DNA from: an uncultured Candidatus Binatia bacterium
Lineage (GTDB): Bacteria > Desulfobacterota > Binatia > UBA9968 > JAJDTQ01
DNA length: 64,000 bases
Assembly: GCA_964291295.2 (NCBI GenBank)
Contig: OZ219754.1
Span: 1,696,001-1,760,000, forward strand
Direction: 5' to 3'
Positions 1-9,309 of the stretch are shown here, in pieces. The translations under genes were made by a program, and so were the position numbers. Each line of letters begins with the position of its first letter. The first letter of the stretch is position 1. The notes beneath the pieces are model-generated. The model was not told the DNA's origin. It made no database searches and worked only from the letters and a program-made list of their open reading frames with translations.

Positions 1-211
1 CCATCTCCTTGATGTCGGCGCCTGCGGCGAAGACGCGCTCGCTTCCGGTAATGATGAAGGCCCGGACGGCGTCGTCGGCATCAAGCGCTTCAAGGGCCGT
101 GCACAGGTCCTTGCAGAGGCCGTAGGAAAGGGCATTGAGCTGTCCGGGACGGTTCAGGGTAGCCACGGCCACGGCCCCGTCCCGCTCGATGAGAATGTTC
201 TCGAACTGCAT
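1..211 (-). CDS. enoyl-CoA hydratase/isomerase, N-terminal part (runs off window start)
   Basis: Manual translation [29 protein letters not shown]...[20 protein letters not shown]: crotonase LNRP..LNAL and F.AGADI motifs; not in ORF track. Confidence 0.9.
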   Translation of the reverse strand, partial: MQFENILIERDGAVAVATLNRPGQLNALSYGLCKDLCTALEALDADDAVRAFIITGSERVFAAGADIKEM

Positions 212-301
212 ACAGGCTCGCAGCTATACACCATGCATCATGGGGTTTCAACGTGACGGTTTCGTTGACTTCGAAAAACCCATCTGACAAGATCCGGGCT
301 G

Positions 302-979
302 ATGCCGCGCGTTCCGGGGCCGCCCACCGCCCACCACGACGAAAAGCTGCAACAGATCCTCGAGCACTCCGCCAGGATCTTCGCGGAGAAGGGATTCGAC
401 GGCACATCCATCCGCGAGATCAGCCGCGCCACGGGCATGAGCCTCGCCGGCCTCTACTACTATTTCCGCACCAAGGAAGAGCTGCTCTGCCTGATCCAGG
501 AGCGCTGCCTTGTGACCCTGCTGGAGAACGGGCGCCGGATCCAGGAATCCGGGAAGAGCCCGCGGGAGAAGATCGCCCTGTTCGTCCACAACCATCTCGG
601 CTTTTTCCTGCACAACATGAACGAGATGAAGGTGATGTCCCGGGAGGACACCGCGCTCACCGCCGACTACGAGAAGCGGATCCGCGATCTCAAGCGGCGC
701 TATGTCAAGGCCCTCGTGGACATGGTGGAGGAGCTTCAGCGGCACGAGCCGGCCGGGAGGCTCGACGTGCGGGTGGCGGCATTGGCGCTCTTCGGCATGA
801 TGAACTGGATCTACACCTGGTACAATCCCGCGCGCGATCCCGCCCTGCGGCCCCTCATCGAGCAGATGCTGCACATCTTCTTCTTTGGCGTCCTGAATCG
901 ACAGGCGGGCGTCGAGGACGGACTGTTCCGGTCCTTCCCGCCCGACGGCGAGAGCTTCGGCTTGTGGCCGGGCTCGTGA
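302..979 (+). CDS. TetR/AcrR family transcriptional regulator (KstR2/PaaR-like)
   Basis: N-terminal HTH IFAEKGFDGTSIREISRATGMSLAGLYYYFRTKEELL; C-terminal GMMNWIYTWY; divergent from the crotonase. Confidence 0.92.
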   Translation: MPRVPGPPTAHHDEKLQQILEHSARIFAEKGFDGTSIREISRATGMSLAGLYYYFRTKEELLCLIQERCLVTLLENGRRIQESGKSPREKIALFVHNHLGFFLHNMNEMKVMSREDTALTADYEKRIRDLKRRYVKALVDMVEELQRHEPAGRLDVRVAALALFGMMNWIYTWYNPARDPALRPLIEQMLHIFFFGVLNRQAGVEDGLFRSFPPDGESFGLWPGS

Positions 980-1208
980 GCGGACCGTCCTTCCCGCTTC
1001 CGGCGCGCCGTCGAGTTGGAGCGGCGGGTGTCCTGAACCCGTGGAGACTCATTGAGGCCAAGGACACGGCGATCCTGGGGTGATCCTGGCCCCGGAGCGG
1101 GGATCCGGTCACGGCGTGGAGAGGTGCGTAGCCGGGGGCGCCGGGACGCCGCCCTCGTTCAGGGCGTCGGCCCGCGATACTTGAGATGGCGTCCGCTCGC
1201 GATACTTG

Positions 1209-1351
1209 AATCTCACGACCGGAAGTCACGCCGGAATCTCACCCCGCAATCTCACCCCGGAATCTCACCCCGGAATCTCACCCCGGAATCTCACCCCGCA
1301 ATCTCACGACCGGAGTCTTACGACCGGAAGTCACCCCTGAGTCTCACGCGG
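1209..1351. repeat. degenerate 12-14 bp tandem repeat (consensus AATCTCACCCCGG, about 11 units)
   Basis: Directly visible contiguous units with no spacers; last unit overlaps the GST stop codon. Confidence 0.9.
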
Positions 1352-1973
1352 CCGCGCTGGGACGCCGGCTGACCCGACGGTACCACGCGGCCGCGTGGGT
1401 GCATTCGGCCGGGAGGCTCATCTTGATCCAGCCCGCGAAGTCCACGGCCACCTGGGCCGTGATGTCGGCAATGGTGTAACGTTCGCCCGCGACAAAGGGA
1501 TGGAGCGCGAGCCGGGTGTCCAGTTCGGCGAAGAAACGCTCCACCCGCCCGCGCCCGCGCCGCACCAGTTCCGGGATCTGTCCGACGCTTGCCGGTCCGG
1601 TCAGCGCCCGCCCCGACAGCCCTCTGGCGCCGTTGCGGAACGCCTCGGTAACGGCCAGGAAGCCGTCCATCTCGAAGCGGTGCTCCCACATGGCCACCAC
1701 CGCCCGGTCCCGTGCGTCCATGCCCATGAGCGGCGGGTCGGGGTGTGCCTCCTCCAGGTATCGGCACACCGCCACCGCTTCGCTGATGGCGGTGCCGTCA
1801 TCGAGTTCCAGCACCGGCACGGTGCACCAGGGGTTGAGTTGGCGGAACGTCTCGGTCAGGTGCTCGCCGTTGCGCAGATCCACCTGCACCACGGGGATGT
1901 CCAGCCCCTTTTCGGCCATGAAGATGCGTACCCGTCGCGGACTCGGCGCGGTGCTGCAGTCGTAGAACCTCAC
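1344..1973 (-). CDS. glutathione S-transferase family protein
   Basis: APSPRRVRIF, LNPWCTVPVLELDDG, ISEAVAVCRYLE, YTIADI motifs. Confidence 0.93.
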   Translation of the reverse strand: MRFYDCSTAPSPRRVRIFMAEKGLDIPVVQVDLRNGEHLTETFRQLNPWCTVPVLELDDGTAISEAVAVCRYLEEAHPDPPLMGMDARDRAVVAMWEHRFEMDGFLAVTEAFRNGARGLSGRALTGPASVGQIPELVRRGRGRVERFFAELDTRLALHPFVAGERYTIADITAQVAVDFAGWIKMSLPAECTHAAAWYRRVSRRPSAAA

Positions 1974-1980
1974 GGTCCGC

Positions 1981-3282
1981 TCACCCTGCGCTTCGCACCG
2001 GTATCCCGTACTGCCGGAGGGTGGTCTCCAGCGTCGGGCGGCCCAGCCGAAGGCGCCCGTCGTTCAGCAGGTACGAGAACAGGTACCCCGCACAGAGCAT
2101 CAATATTCCGATCAGGAAACAGTACAGGACCGCCCGGTCGGGGTAGGAGTCCTTCAGATATCCCACGTAGAGCGGGCCGAAGATACCCGCCGCGGCCCAC
2201 GCGGTGAGGATCACGCCATACATCCGGGACATCTTCTCGGTGCCGAAGACGTCCAGGATGTACGGCGGCATGGTGGCGAATCCGCCGCCGAAACAGAGCA
2301 GCACGTAGCAGACCAGCACGGAGAAGACCCACGGGTTGCTCTCTGTCATGAGCACGCCGAACACCACCATCTGGCTGGCCAGCAGGATGCGGAAGACCTT
2401 GACCCGGCCGATGCGGTCCGACAGGAGGCCCCAGAACAATCGTCCCACGCCGTTGCACACGGAACTGGCGGCGATGAGGGTGGCGCCGTACTCCGCCAGC
2501 ACCGCCGGCTCGATGGTGGCGTCGGCGAGCCCCCAGACCTCCTGCAGCAGTTCCGACTGGAAGCTGATGACGGAGATGCCGGCGGCGATGTTGAAGAAGA
2601 AAACGGTCCACATGATGATGAACTGACCGGACTTGAGGTAGGGCAGCGTGGAGTCCGGCTCGTTGGTGTCCGTGATCGGGGAAGCGCCGCCCGAAGCCTT
2701 CGCCGGCGCCGTCGGATCGCTCAGCGCCAGACTGCAAGGGATCAGGATGGCGGCGAATATGATGCCCAGCCACAGGAAGACCATGGCCAGGTCGCCTTCC
2801 GTGCGCACCACCAGGAAGGGGGCAAGGCCCTTGCTCAGGAGCAGCGCTCCGACGCCGAAGCCCATCACCACGATTCCCGTGACCAGTCCCTTCATGTCCG
2901 GGAACCACTTGGCGACCGTCGCCACCGGGGTCACGTAACCCAGCCCGATACCGGCTCCCCCGATGACGCCATAGCCCACGTAGAAGAGGGGCAGGAAGTC
3001 CAGCCGCAGCGCCAGGCTGGCGATGGCGTAGCCGCCGGAGAACATGATGCTGCCCGCCAGCGCCAGGCGCCGGGGCCCCAGCCGTCCGAGCGCGGAGCCG
3101 GCCCAGGCGGCGGAAGTGCCGAGACAGAAGATGGCGATGCTGAAGGCCCAGGCGGTCTCGGTGTGGGTCCATCCGGACTGGCGCACCAGCATGGTCTGGA
3201 AGAAGCTCCAGGCATACACCGTCCCGAAGCAGATCTGCAGCATGGTGCAGAAGAACGCGATGGCGATCCTGTGAATGCGCAC
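1981..3282 (-). CDS. OFA family (oxalate/formate antiporter-like) MFS transporter
   Basis: GTVYAWS, GLGYVTPVATVAKWFPD.KGL, NGVGRLFWGLLSDRIGR; 12 hydrophobic segments. Confidence 0.88.
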   Translation of the reverse strand: MRIHRIAIAFFCTMLQICFGTVYAWSFFQTMLVRQSGWTHTETAWAFSIAIFCLGTSAAWAGSALGRLGPRRLALAGSIMFSGGYAIASLALRLDFLPLFYVGYGVIGGAGIGLGYVTPVATVAKWFPDMKGLVTGIVVMGFGVGALLLSKGLAPFLVVRTEGDLAMVFLWLGIIFAAILIPCSLALSDPTAPAKASGGASPITDTNEPDSTLPYLKSGQFIIMWTVFFFNIAAGISVISFQSELLQEVWGLADATIEPAVLAEYGATLIAASSVCNGVGRLFWGLLSDRIGRVKVFRILLASQMVVFGVLMTESNPWVFSVLVCYVLLCFGGGFATMPPYILDVFGTEKMSRMYGVILTAWAAAGIFGPLYVGYLKDSYPDRAVLYCFLIGILMLCAGYLFSYLLNDGRLRLGRPTLETTLRQYGIPVRSAG

Positions 3283-3315
3283 CCGCAGGCCCTCCGTGCC
3301 GCTTCTGTCCGGCGC

Positions 3316-4065
3316 CTATCCGGCGCCTTCCGCCGCCGGGGGCGGCTTGTCCGACGGGTTCCCGCGTTGCGAGACGTGAAGGAACAGCCGCGCAAGCTCT
3401 CCGGCCTCGTCGTCCCGCTCCAGGATCTTCGCGTCCCCCGGGCCTGCGGCCGCATCCTCCCGGGCCAGCGTCACGGCGTATGCCAGAAGCTCTCCCAACG
3501 GCTTTGCCGCCAGGTTGACGAACCAGATGGACCCCAGGACTCCCACCAGCAGGAGGATGGAGATCAGGTAGACCTGCTGGCCGATGGCCCGCTGGATCTT
3601 GACGCCGATGACGTCCAGGTCCATCCCCACGTGAACGGTGCCGGCGAAGCCCGCCAGGATCGGGCTGCCGACCTCCACGAACTCTCCCATTCCCGGCAGC
3701 CTCCGGTTCACCGCCTCGGTCTGCTTCGGGTCGCTCCGGCGAATGACCTCGGGAATGCCGGGGACGAAGGTATGGGCCAGGAACTCGCCCTCGTCGCTGG
3801 TGATGTAGACGTAGCGGATGCCCTGGATCTCCACGAACTGGTCGATGAGCGACTGGAGCGTGGCCAGGTTCCGGTTCAGCAGGATGTCGACGCTGGCATC
3901 GGCGATGGTCTTGGCGATGTTCCGGCTGTTGCTCTCGTACTCCGCCGACAGGTGGGTCTGGACCGTGTAGATGGTGAGCGCCGAGGTGGACAGCACGATC
4001 AGGCCGAAGAGCCCGAAGATGCCGAACTGGGTTCTCTGAAAGAGTTTCCTGATCTTCATGGTCAC
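3316..4065 (-). CDS. two-TM sensor-like membrane protein with HAMP-like tail and no kinase domain
   Basis: Two TM helices flanking an extracytoplasmic domain; KPLGELLAYA...DDEAGELARLF HAMP-like pattern; GTGA overlap with upstream gene. Confidence 0.6.
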   Translation of the reverse strand: MTMKIRKLFQRTQFGIFGLFGLIVLSTSALTIYTVQTHLSAEYESNSRNIAKTIADASVDILLNRNLATLQSLIDQFVEIQGIRYVYITSDEGEFLAHTFVPGIPEVIRRSDPKQTEAVNRRLPGMGEFVEVGSPILAGFAGTVHVGMDLDVIGVKIQRAIGQQVYLISILLLVGVLGSIWFVNLAAKPLGELLAYAVTLAREDAAAGPGDAKILERDDEAGELARLFLHVSQRGNPSDKPPPAAEGAG

Positions 4066-5459
4066 CCGAGCTTTGCCTTCCAGTCGTTCAGGGTAACGAA
4101 CCGGCCGCCCTCGACGACTGTGTAGTAGACCTTCTGCAAACCCTGCCGGCGTTCCGGCCCGAAGGAGACCGCTTCACCGATTCCCAGGTCGAAGTCGCGC
4201 ACGGAGAACACGGCTGCTTCCAGCCCGCGCCGGCTCGGTCTCCCCTTGAGCCGCCGGAGGATCTCCACCATCAGCTTCGCGTCCAGAAACCCCTCCAGGC
4301 TCACGAAGCTCTGGGGAAACGGGGTGTAGGCCTCCTTTATCAGCCGTGCGGGCACTTGGGGGTCGTACCGCGCCATCAGCTGGCGATACTCCCTCACCGC
4401 CGGGAAGGAGGTGTCCTCGTAGCTGGGCACCACCTGCGAGTTGACCAGATAGCGGGTGTAGACGTCGGCGTCGTCACGACCTTCGGACAGCAGCTTGAGC
4501 AGGTTCTCGCTGCCGACGAACGAAAGGTTGGCGATGGGAACCCGAAGGCCCAGGTCCACGGCGTCACGGACAAAGCCGGCGCACGCGGCATAGGCGCCGA
4601 CGCAGATCACGGCATCGGGTGAGGCCTGTTTCAGGATCTCCACCTGGGCCCGGAAGCTGCCGGTGAAGCGCGTTCCCCGGCGGTACGTGGCCTCGCCGGC
4701 GACCCTTGCGCCGTGTTCTTTCAGGGCCGCCCGGACGCCGGCCCAACCGCTCCGGCCGTAGGCGTCGGCCTGGTAGAACATGGCAATGCGCTTGCGGCCG
4801 ATGCGGACGAAGTTGTTCACCAGGCCGGCGGTTTCCTGCCGGTAGGAGGCCCGCAGATTGAAGGCGAAGTCGCCGTATGGGGGTTCCCGCTGCGGTTGAG
4901 CTCCGGTGAAGGGGAAGAAGAGGTAGACCTGCTGGTCCTGGAACTTCTTCAGCATGGGCAGGACCCGGGTGACGGTGGGCGTGCCCACATACCCGAAGAG
5001 CAGGAAGACCCGGTCCTCCAGCATGAGCTTGACGGTGTTCTCGACACAGGGGTCCGGCTGATAGCCGTCGTCGTAGAGCCTGAGCGCAATCCTGCGGCCG
5101 TTGACGCCGCCGTTCTCGTTGATGTGATTGAAGTAGGAACTGGCGCCGCGGTAGAGTTCGGTGCCGAGTCCCCGGGAAGGGCCGGAAAAAGCGGCGGACA
5201 CCCCCAGGATGATCTCGTCGTCGTTGCTGCTGCTGTCGGCGGCGCCCGCGGAACCGAGCCACGGGGGCGCGAGCATCGCCAGCAGTCCGGCGCCCACCAC
5301 CTGCCTGCGCGTCCAGTGCGCCCGGGTGGACAGGCGCACCCCGCGGTCACCTCCGCTGCGACCTTCCGTCCTCACATGCGACCTCGCTTTCTTCAAGCCC
5401 GGCGAGCCGGGAACCGGCGTGCTGGAGACCTGAATGCCGGTCTCCGACGTGTCGGACAA
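4062..5459 (-). CDS. branched-chain amino acid-type (type 1) periplasmic binding protein, Tat-like signal
   Basis: TRRQVVG twin-Arg; INENGGVNGRRIAL..YDDGYQPD, GYVGTPT, YQADAYG; start uncertain. Confidence 0.88.
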   Translation of the reverse strand: MSDTSETGIQVSSTPVPGSPGLKKARSHVRTEGRSGGDRGVRLSTRAHWTRRQVVGAGLLAMLAPPWLGSAGAADSSSNDDEIILGVSAAFSGPSRGLGTELYRGASSYFNHINENGGVNGRRIALRLYDDGYQPDPCVENTVKLMLEDRVFLLFGYVGTPTVTRVLPMLKKFQDQQVYLFFPFTGAQPQREPPYGDFAFNLRASYRQETAGLVNNFVRIGRKRIAMFYQADAYGRSGWAGVRAALKEHGARVAGEATYRRGTRFTGSFRAQVEILKQASPDAVICVGAYAACAGFVRDAVDLGLRVPIANLSFVGSENLLKLLSEGRDDADVYTRYLVNSQVVPSYEDTSFPAVREYRQLMARYDPQVPARLIKEAYTPFPQSFVSLEGFLDAKLMVEILRRLKGRPSRRGLEAAVFSVRDFDLGIGEAVSFGPERRQGLQKVYYTVVEGGRFVTLNDWKAKLG

Positions 5460-5573
5460 TCAGGGTCGGCGTGAAAACCCACCGCGCAGACTAACCCGCT
5501 TCCCTTCCTGAATCAACGATGCGCCGCGGGGTCTCCGGCGGCGGCCCGGCGTCCGCCGTGCTCATCGCCATGC

Positions 5574-6464
5574 TCATGCACCGCCCTGGAAGGATCGCAA
5601 CACCTCCAAAGTTTCCCGGTCTTCCTTCAGGTCTTTTCCCTTGGGCGTTTCGAGGCACATGGGCAGGCCGAAGAAACGCCTGTCGTTCATCAGCAGCCGG
5701 AACGGCTCCATGTCGATGTGCCCCTTGCCGATGTTCTCGTGGCGGTCCACGCGGCAGTCGAGTTCCTTCTTCGAGTCGTTCAGATGGAAGGCGGCCAGGA
5801 GCCTGAGCCCGATGGTACGGTCGAACTCCGCAAAGGTCCGTTCGTAGCCTTCCCGGGTGCGGATGTCGTAGCCGGCCGCAAACGCGTGTTGCGTGTCGAA
5901 ACACACCCGCAGCCGGTCGCTTTCCCCGACGCTGTCGATGATGTGGTGAATGTGCTCGAAGCGATAGCCCAGGTTGGTGCCCTGGCCGGCGGTGATCTCC
6001 AGCGCCACCCGCACCCCGAAGCCTGCGCAGCGCCGGTGAATGGCGTCCAGGGAACGCGCGATGGTGCGCAGGCCCGCCTGTTCGCCGGCTCCAGTGTGGG
6101 CCCCGGGGTGGGCGATGAGCAAGGGGATGCCCAAGGCCTCGCACCGCTCCATCTCGTCCACGAAGGCGGCCACGGACTTCTGCCGCAGTTGCCGGTCCGG
6201 GGAGCCGAGGTTGAGCAGGTACGAATCGTGAGCCACCACCGTGTGGATGCCGCCGGCCTTCTGCGTCTCCTTGAACGTGCGGATGTCATCCTCGCTCAAG
6301 GGGGAGGCCGTCCACTGCCGTGACGACTTGGTGAATATCTGGATGGCTTCGCAGCCCAAGCCGTCGCCGGCAAGCAGGGCATTGTGAACCCCGCCGGCAA
6401 TGGACATGTGGGCCCCCAGCAAGGGGCGATCCCCGGGCTTCTTCTTTCGCGGGGACGAGGCCAT
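5574..6464 (-). CDS. nfo: deoxyribonuclease IV (AP endonuclease)
   Basis: LGAHMSIAGG, HDSYLLNL, HPG, LEITAGQG, DTQHAF, HLNDSK, DRHENIG, LETP. Confidence 0.95.
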   Translation of the reverse strand: MASSPRKKKPGDRPLLGAHMSIAGGVHNALLAGDGLGCEAIQIFTKSSRQWTASPLSEDDIRTFKETQKAGGIHTVVAHDSYLLNLGSPDRQLRQKSVAAFVDEMERCEALGIPLLIAHPGAHTGAGEQAGLRTIARSLDAIHRRCAGFGVRVALEITAGQGTNLGYRFEHIHHIIDSVGESDRLRVCFDTQHAFAAGYDIRTREGYERTFAEFDRTIGLRLLAAFHLNDSKKELDCRVDRHENIGKGHIDMEPFRLLMNDRRFFGLPMCLETPKGKDLKEDRETLEVLRSFQGGA

Positions 6465-6603
6465 GGGCACGAATCTATAGCACAACGCAGTTGCGTGCCA
6501 AACCCGGCCGGCCCGCTCCGGACCGGCGGACGAATGTTGCCATGCGCGCCCGATTGCAGTAATCCAGGACAACGTTTCAGGACAACACCGCACAAGGAGA
6601 TCC

Positions 6604-7014
6604 ATGATGGCGAACTGGCTGCTCAAGACCGAACCGGGCGTTTACTCCTTCGCCGACCTGCAGCGGGACAAGTCCACGGTCTGGGACGGCATCAGGAACA
6701 ATCTGGCGCTCCTGCACCTGAAGACCGTCAGGAAGGGCGACCGTTGCATCATCTACCACACCGGCGGCGAGAGGGTCTGCGTCGGCCTCGGCACCGCCAC
6801 CACCGGCGCCTACCCCGACCCGGAGAAGGACGACCCCAAGCTGCTGGTGTTCGACATCAAGGTGGGCAAGGCGCTGAAGCGCGCGGTGTCGCTGGCCGAA
6901 ATGAAACTCAACCCCGAACTGGAGGGCTTCGACCTGTTTCGCCTGGGCCGGCTTTCCTTCGTTCCGGTGAGCGACGCCCACTACGACGTCATCATGGCCA
7001 TGGCCAAGGGCTGA
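6604..7014 (+). CDS. EVE domain-containing protein
   Basis: WLLKTEPGVYSFADL, WDGIRN, GD..IIYHTG, RLGRLSFVPV; AAGGAG RBS. Confidence 0.93.
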   Translation: MMANWLLKTEPGVYSFADLQRDKSTVWDGIRNNLALLHLKTVRKGDRCIIYHTGGERVCVGLGTATTGAYPDPEKDDPKLLVFDIKVGKALKRAVSLAEMKLNPELEGFDLFRLGRLSFVPVSDAHYDVIMAMAKG

Positions 7015-7082
7015 CGGCCCGCCACCGCCGTATCCCCGAAACGCCGGACGCCAACAGGAGGCGGTCCAACAGGAGACGATCC

Positions 7083-7349
7083 ATGAAGAAGGCAGATTTC
7101 CGCCAGTTCTATCGCGACGCCCACGCCGTCGATTGCCTCAGCGAACGGGAGAAGATATTCCTCGGCCTTGCCGTGGCCATGACGCGAAACTGCGACCCCT
7201 GAGTGGACCGGCGCCTTGCGGACGCAAGGAAAGCAGGTATCGTCGAGGAGGACCTCGACGCCGCGGTGGACGTCATCGCCGCCGTCGACGCCGGCATTCT
7301 GCAGTCGCTGAACCAGCGCATCAGGCAGCGGCAGAAAGAGCGGGAGTGA
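7083..7349 (+). CDS. AhpD/CMD-like protein with in-frame UGA in a CxxU motif (probable selenoprotein, 88 aa)
   Basis: MKKADF...LSEREKIFLGLAVAMTRNCDP-TGA(7200-7202)-VDRRLADARKAGIVEEDL...; CMD-like pattern on both sides of the TGA; AGGAG RBS; SECIS-like hairpin downstream. Confidence 0.82.
7203..7229 (+). promoter_or_regulatory. candidate bacterial SECIS element
   Basis: Stem CCTTGC(7214-7219)/GCAAGG(7224-7229) with GGAC loop starting 17 nt after the UGA; G-first apical loop. Confidence 0.7.
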
Positions 7350-7522
7350 GATCGGGGGTGAGCCTGTCGCGGGATTGTCGCGATATTGTTGAAACCCGCC
7401 TTCCGAGGTGGTAGATGTCAAGGTGCAGAGTGGGTCAGTGAGTCAGGGTTCGTCAGTTTTCTCAGTGAGTGAGTCATGGTTCCTCAATGTTCCAGCCATG
7501 AATTCAGCCATGGTTCCACAGG

Positions 7523-7599
7523 GGTCGCATAGCTCAGCCGGTTAGAGCGCTTGCCTCACATGCAAGAGGCCGCAGGTTCGAGTCCTGCTGCGACCACCA
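7523..7599 (+). tRNA. tRNA-Val(CAC)
   Basis: Acceptor GGTCGCA/TGCGACC, D-arm TAGCTCAG, anticodon stem CTTGC-CTCACAT-GCAAG, GGTTCGAGTCC T-arm, encoded CCA. Confidence 0.97.
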
Positions 7600-7953
7600 C
7601 CCTTTCCCCTTCTTCTTTCTCTTCTTCCGATTGCCCGCATGCCTGTCGCGGTCAACGTTCTTTCCGGACGACGCGACCAGCCTTGGCTTCATTGCATTGA
7701 CATCGGGAATGGGCGGCGGGCGGAAGGCGTGCCCTCGCCGCCGCCCCGAAGGGTGCCAGGACGGTCCCGCCCTGGTTCATGGACAGTCTCATCCTGGTTC
7801 ATCTGTAATTCCTCAGCGTGGGGTTGTCCGGAAGCGGTGCGGAACCGCCTTGCAGCGACAGGGTTCCCGGGGGTACCTTGTCGTTGCCTGTCGTATCGGG
7901 ACGGGATCGTTTGAAGATGGATCACCTGAGGACGGATCATTGGAGGACGGAAT

Positions 7954-9114
7954 ATGAACGCGGATCTGAAGATGTTCTTGTTGACCGCCGACGACCTGGT
8001 CCGGTGTCATTGGGACGGACGGTCCCGGCGCGTGGCGGTTCTGGACCGGGCGCTCGAGGGCGAGGTGCTGCGGGAGGTGGCCCGTGACGCGGGGGACTCC
8101 CATCGGCTGTACGCCGCCACCGGCACGGAGATGCACGTGAGCGAGGACGGTGGGGAGAGTTGGAAGTGGATTCCGTCGGGGGGCCTTGACTACCGCGACA
8201 TCTGGACCATGCAGCCGCATCCCACGCGGCCCGGCGAGGTCTACGTCGGTACCCTGCCCGCGGCCGTGTACGTGAGCGAGGACGGCGGGTGCTCGTTCCG
8301 CGAACTCGCAGCGTTCCGGAAGCTTGAGGACTACGCGCGCTGGACGTTTCCGCCGCCGCCGCATACGCCGCACATTCGCTGCATCGTCCTGGACAGCCGG
8401 GTGCCGGACGAGATCGTGGTGGGCGTGGAGGAAGGCGGTGTCGTCCGAAGCCGGGACCGGGGCGAGACCTGGGAAGACATCAGCGGTCCCTCAAGCGAAG
8501 CGTCCTATCCGGAATACAACGACCCGTCGGGTCGGCTGCCCTACCAGATGGGCATTCATGAGGATGGCCGGGTCTATCGCGACGTGCACTGGGTTCGACG
8601 GGACCCCGCCAGCCTCGACACGCTGTATGCCACCACCGGCATCGGCACCTACCGCACCGACAACGGCGGCGTCTCCTGGCGGAAGCTGGAATACGACATG
8701 GGACGCTCCTACGCCATTCCCTTCGACATCCATCCCACCGTCCCGGAGCGTATCTTTCTGGGCGCCGCGGAGAACGGCCCCACTTCCTGGAAGGGCCATC
8801 GCACGGTCCGCCCGGGTCCCTACAACACCATTCGCTTCAGCCGCGACACCTCGGAGGAGGTGGGGGGTGCCAAGTCCGCCATCCTGCGCAGCGACGACCG
8901 CGGCGCGACATGGCGCCGGCTGGAAGGCGGTCTGCCCCAGGGACACGCTCACATGACGAGCTGCGTGGCGGTGCATCCCGGCGATCCCGACACCGTGGTC
9001 ATCGGCTATACCGACGGAACCGTGTACGCGAGCCATGACGCCGGCGAAGCCTGGGAGCAGCTGGATCTGCCCGAGTCCAGACTCTACGGAGTGCGGTTGC
9101 TTTCCGATTCGTGA
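7954..9114 (+). CDS. BNR/Asp-box repeat beta-propeller protein (WD40/YVTN/sialidase-like)
   Basis: Repeated SEDGGESW, SRDRGETW, TDNGGVSW, SDDRGATW, SHDAGEAW Asp-boxes. Confidence 0.88.
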   Translation: MNADLKMFLLTADDLVRCHWDGRSRRVAVLDRALEGEVLREVARDAGDSHRLYAATGTEMHVSEDGGESWKWIPSGGLDYRDIWTMQPHPTRPGEVYVGTLPAAVYVSEDGGCSFRELAAFRKLEDYARWTFPPPPHTPHIRCIVLDSRVPDEIVVGVEEGGVVRSRDRGETWEDISGPSSEASYPEYNDPSGRLPYQMGIHEDGRVYRDVHWVRRDPASLDTLYATTGIGTYRTDNGGVSWRKLEYDMGRSYAIPFDIHPTVPERIFLGAAENGPTSWKGHRTVRPGPYNTIRFSRDTSEEVGGAKSAILRSDDRGATWRRLEGGLPQGHAHMTSCVAVHPGDPDTVVIGYTDGTVYASHDAGEAWEQLDLPESRLYGVRLLSDS

Positions 9115-9201
9115 TCCCGGGCCGCCAGCACCACAGGCCCGCAAGGCTCCGGGCGGTCGAACGCCGAACGCGGAACGCCGAAGAAACTCCTCGGCGCACC
9201 G

Positions 9202-9241
9202 TTGACCACGGCGGTTGCGATGCTTAACTTCTCCTTGCAAC
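9202..9241 (+). promoter_or_regulatory. candidate sigma70 promoter of hsp20 with overlapping imperfect inverted repeat
   Basis: TTGACC(9202-9207)-17 bp-TAACTT(9225-9230); GTTGCGA...TTGCAAC straddles the -10. Confidence 0.35.
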
Positions 9242-9309
9242 GAAGAGGTCCAAGGCGCCAAGGAACTCGGGAAAGCATGACAAGAAATCTCGGAAAAGGA
9301 GGCAGGATC

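Noticed and set aside
1209-1351. Possible CRISPR array
   Set aside because: Units are 12-14 bp and contiguous with no unique spacers; no cas genes in the window
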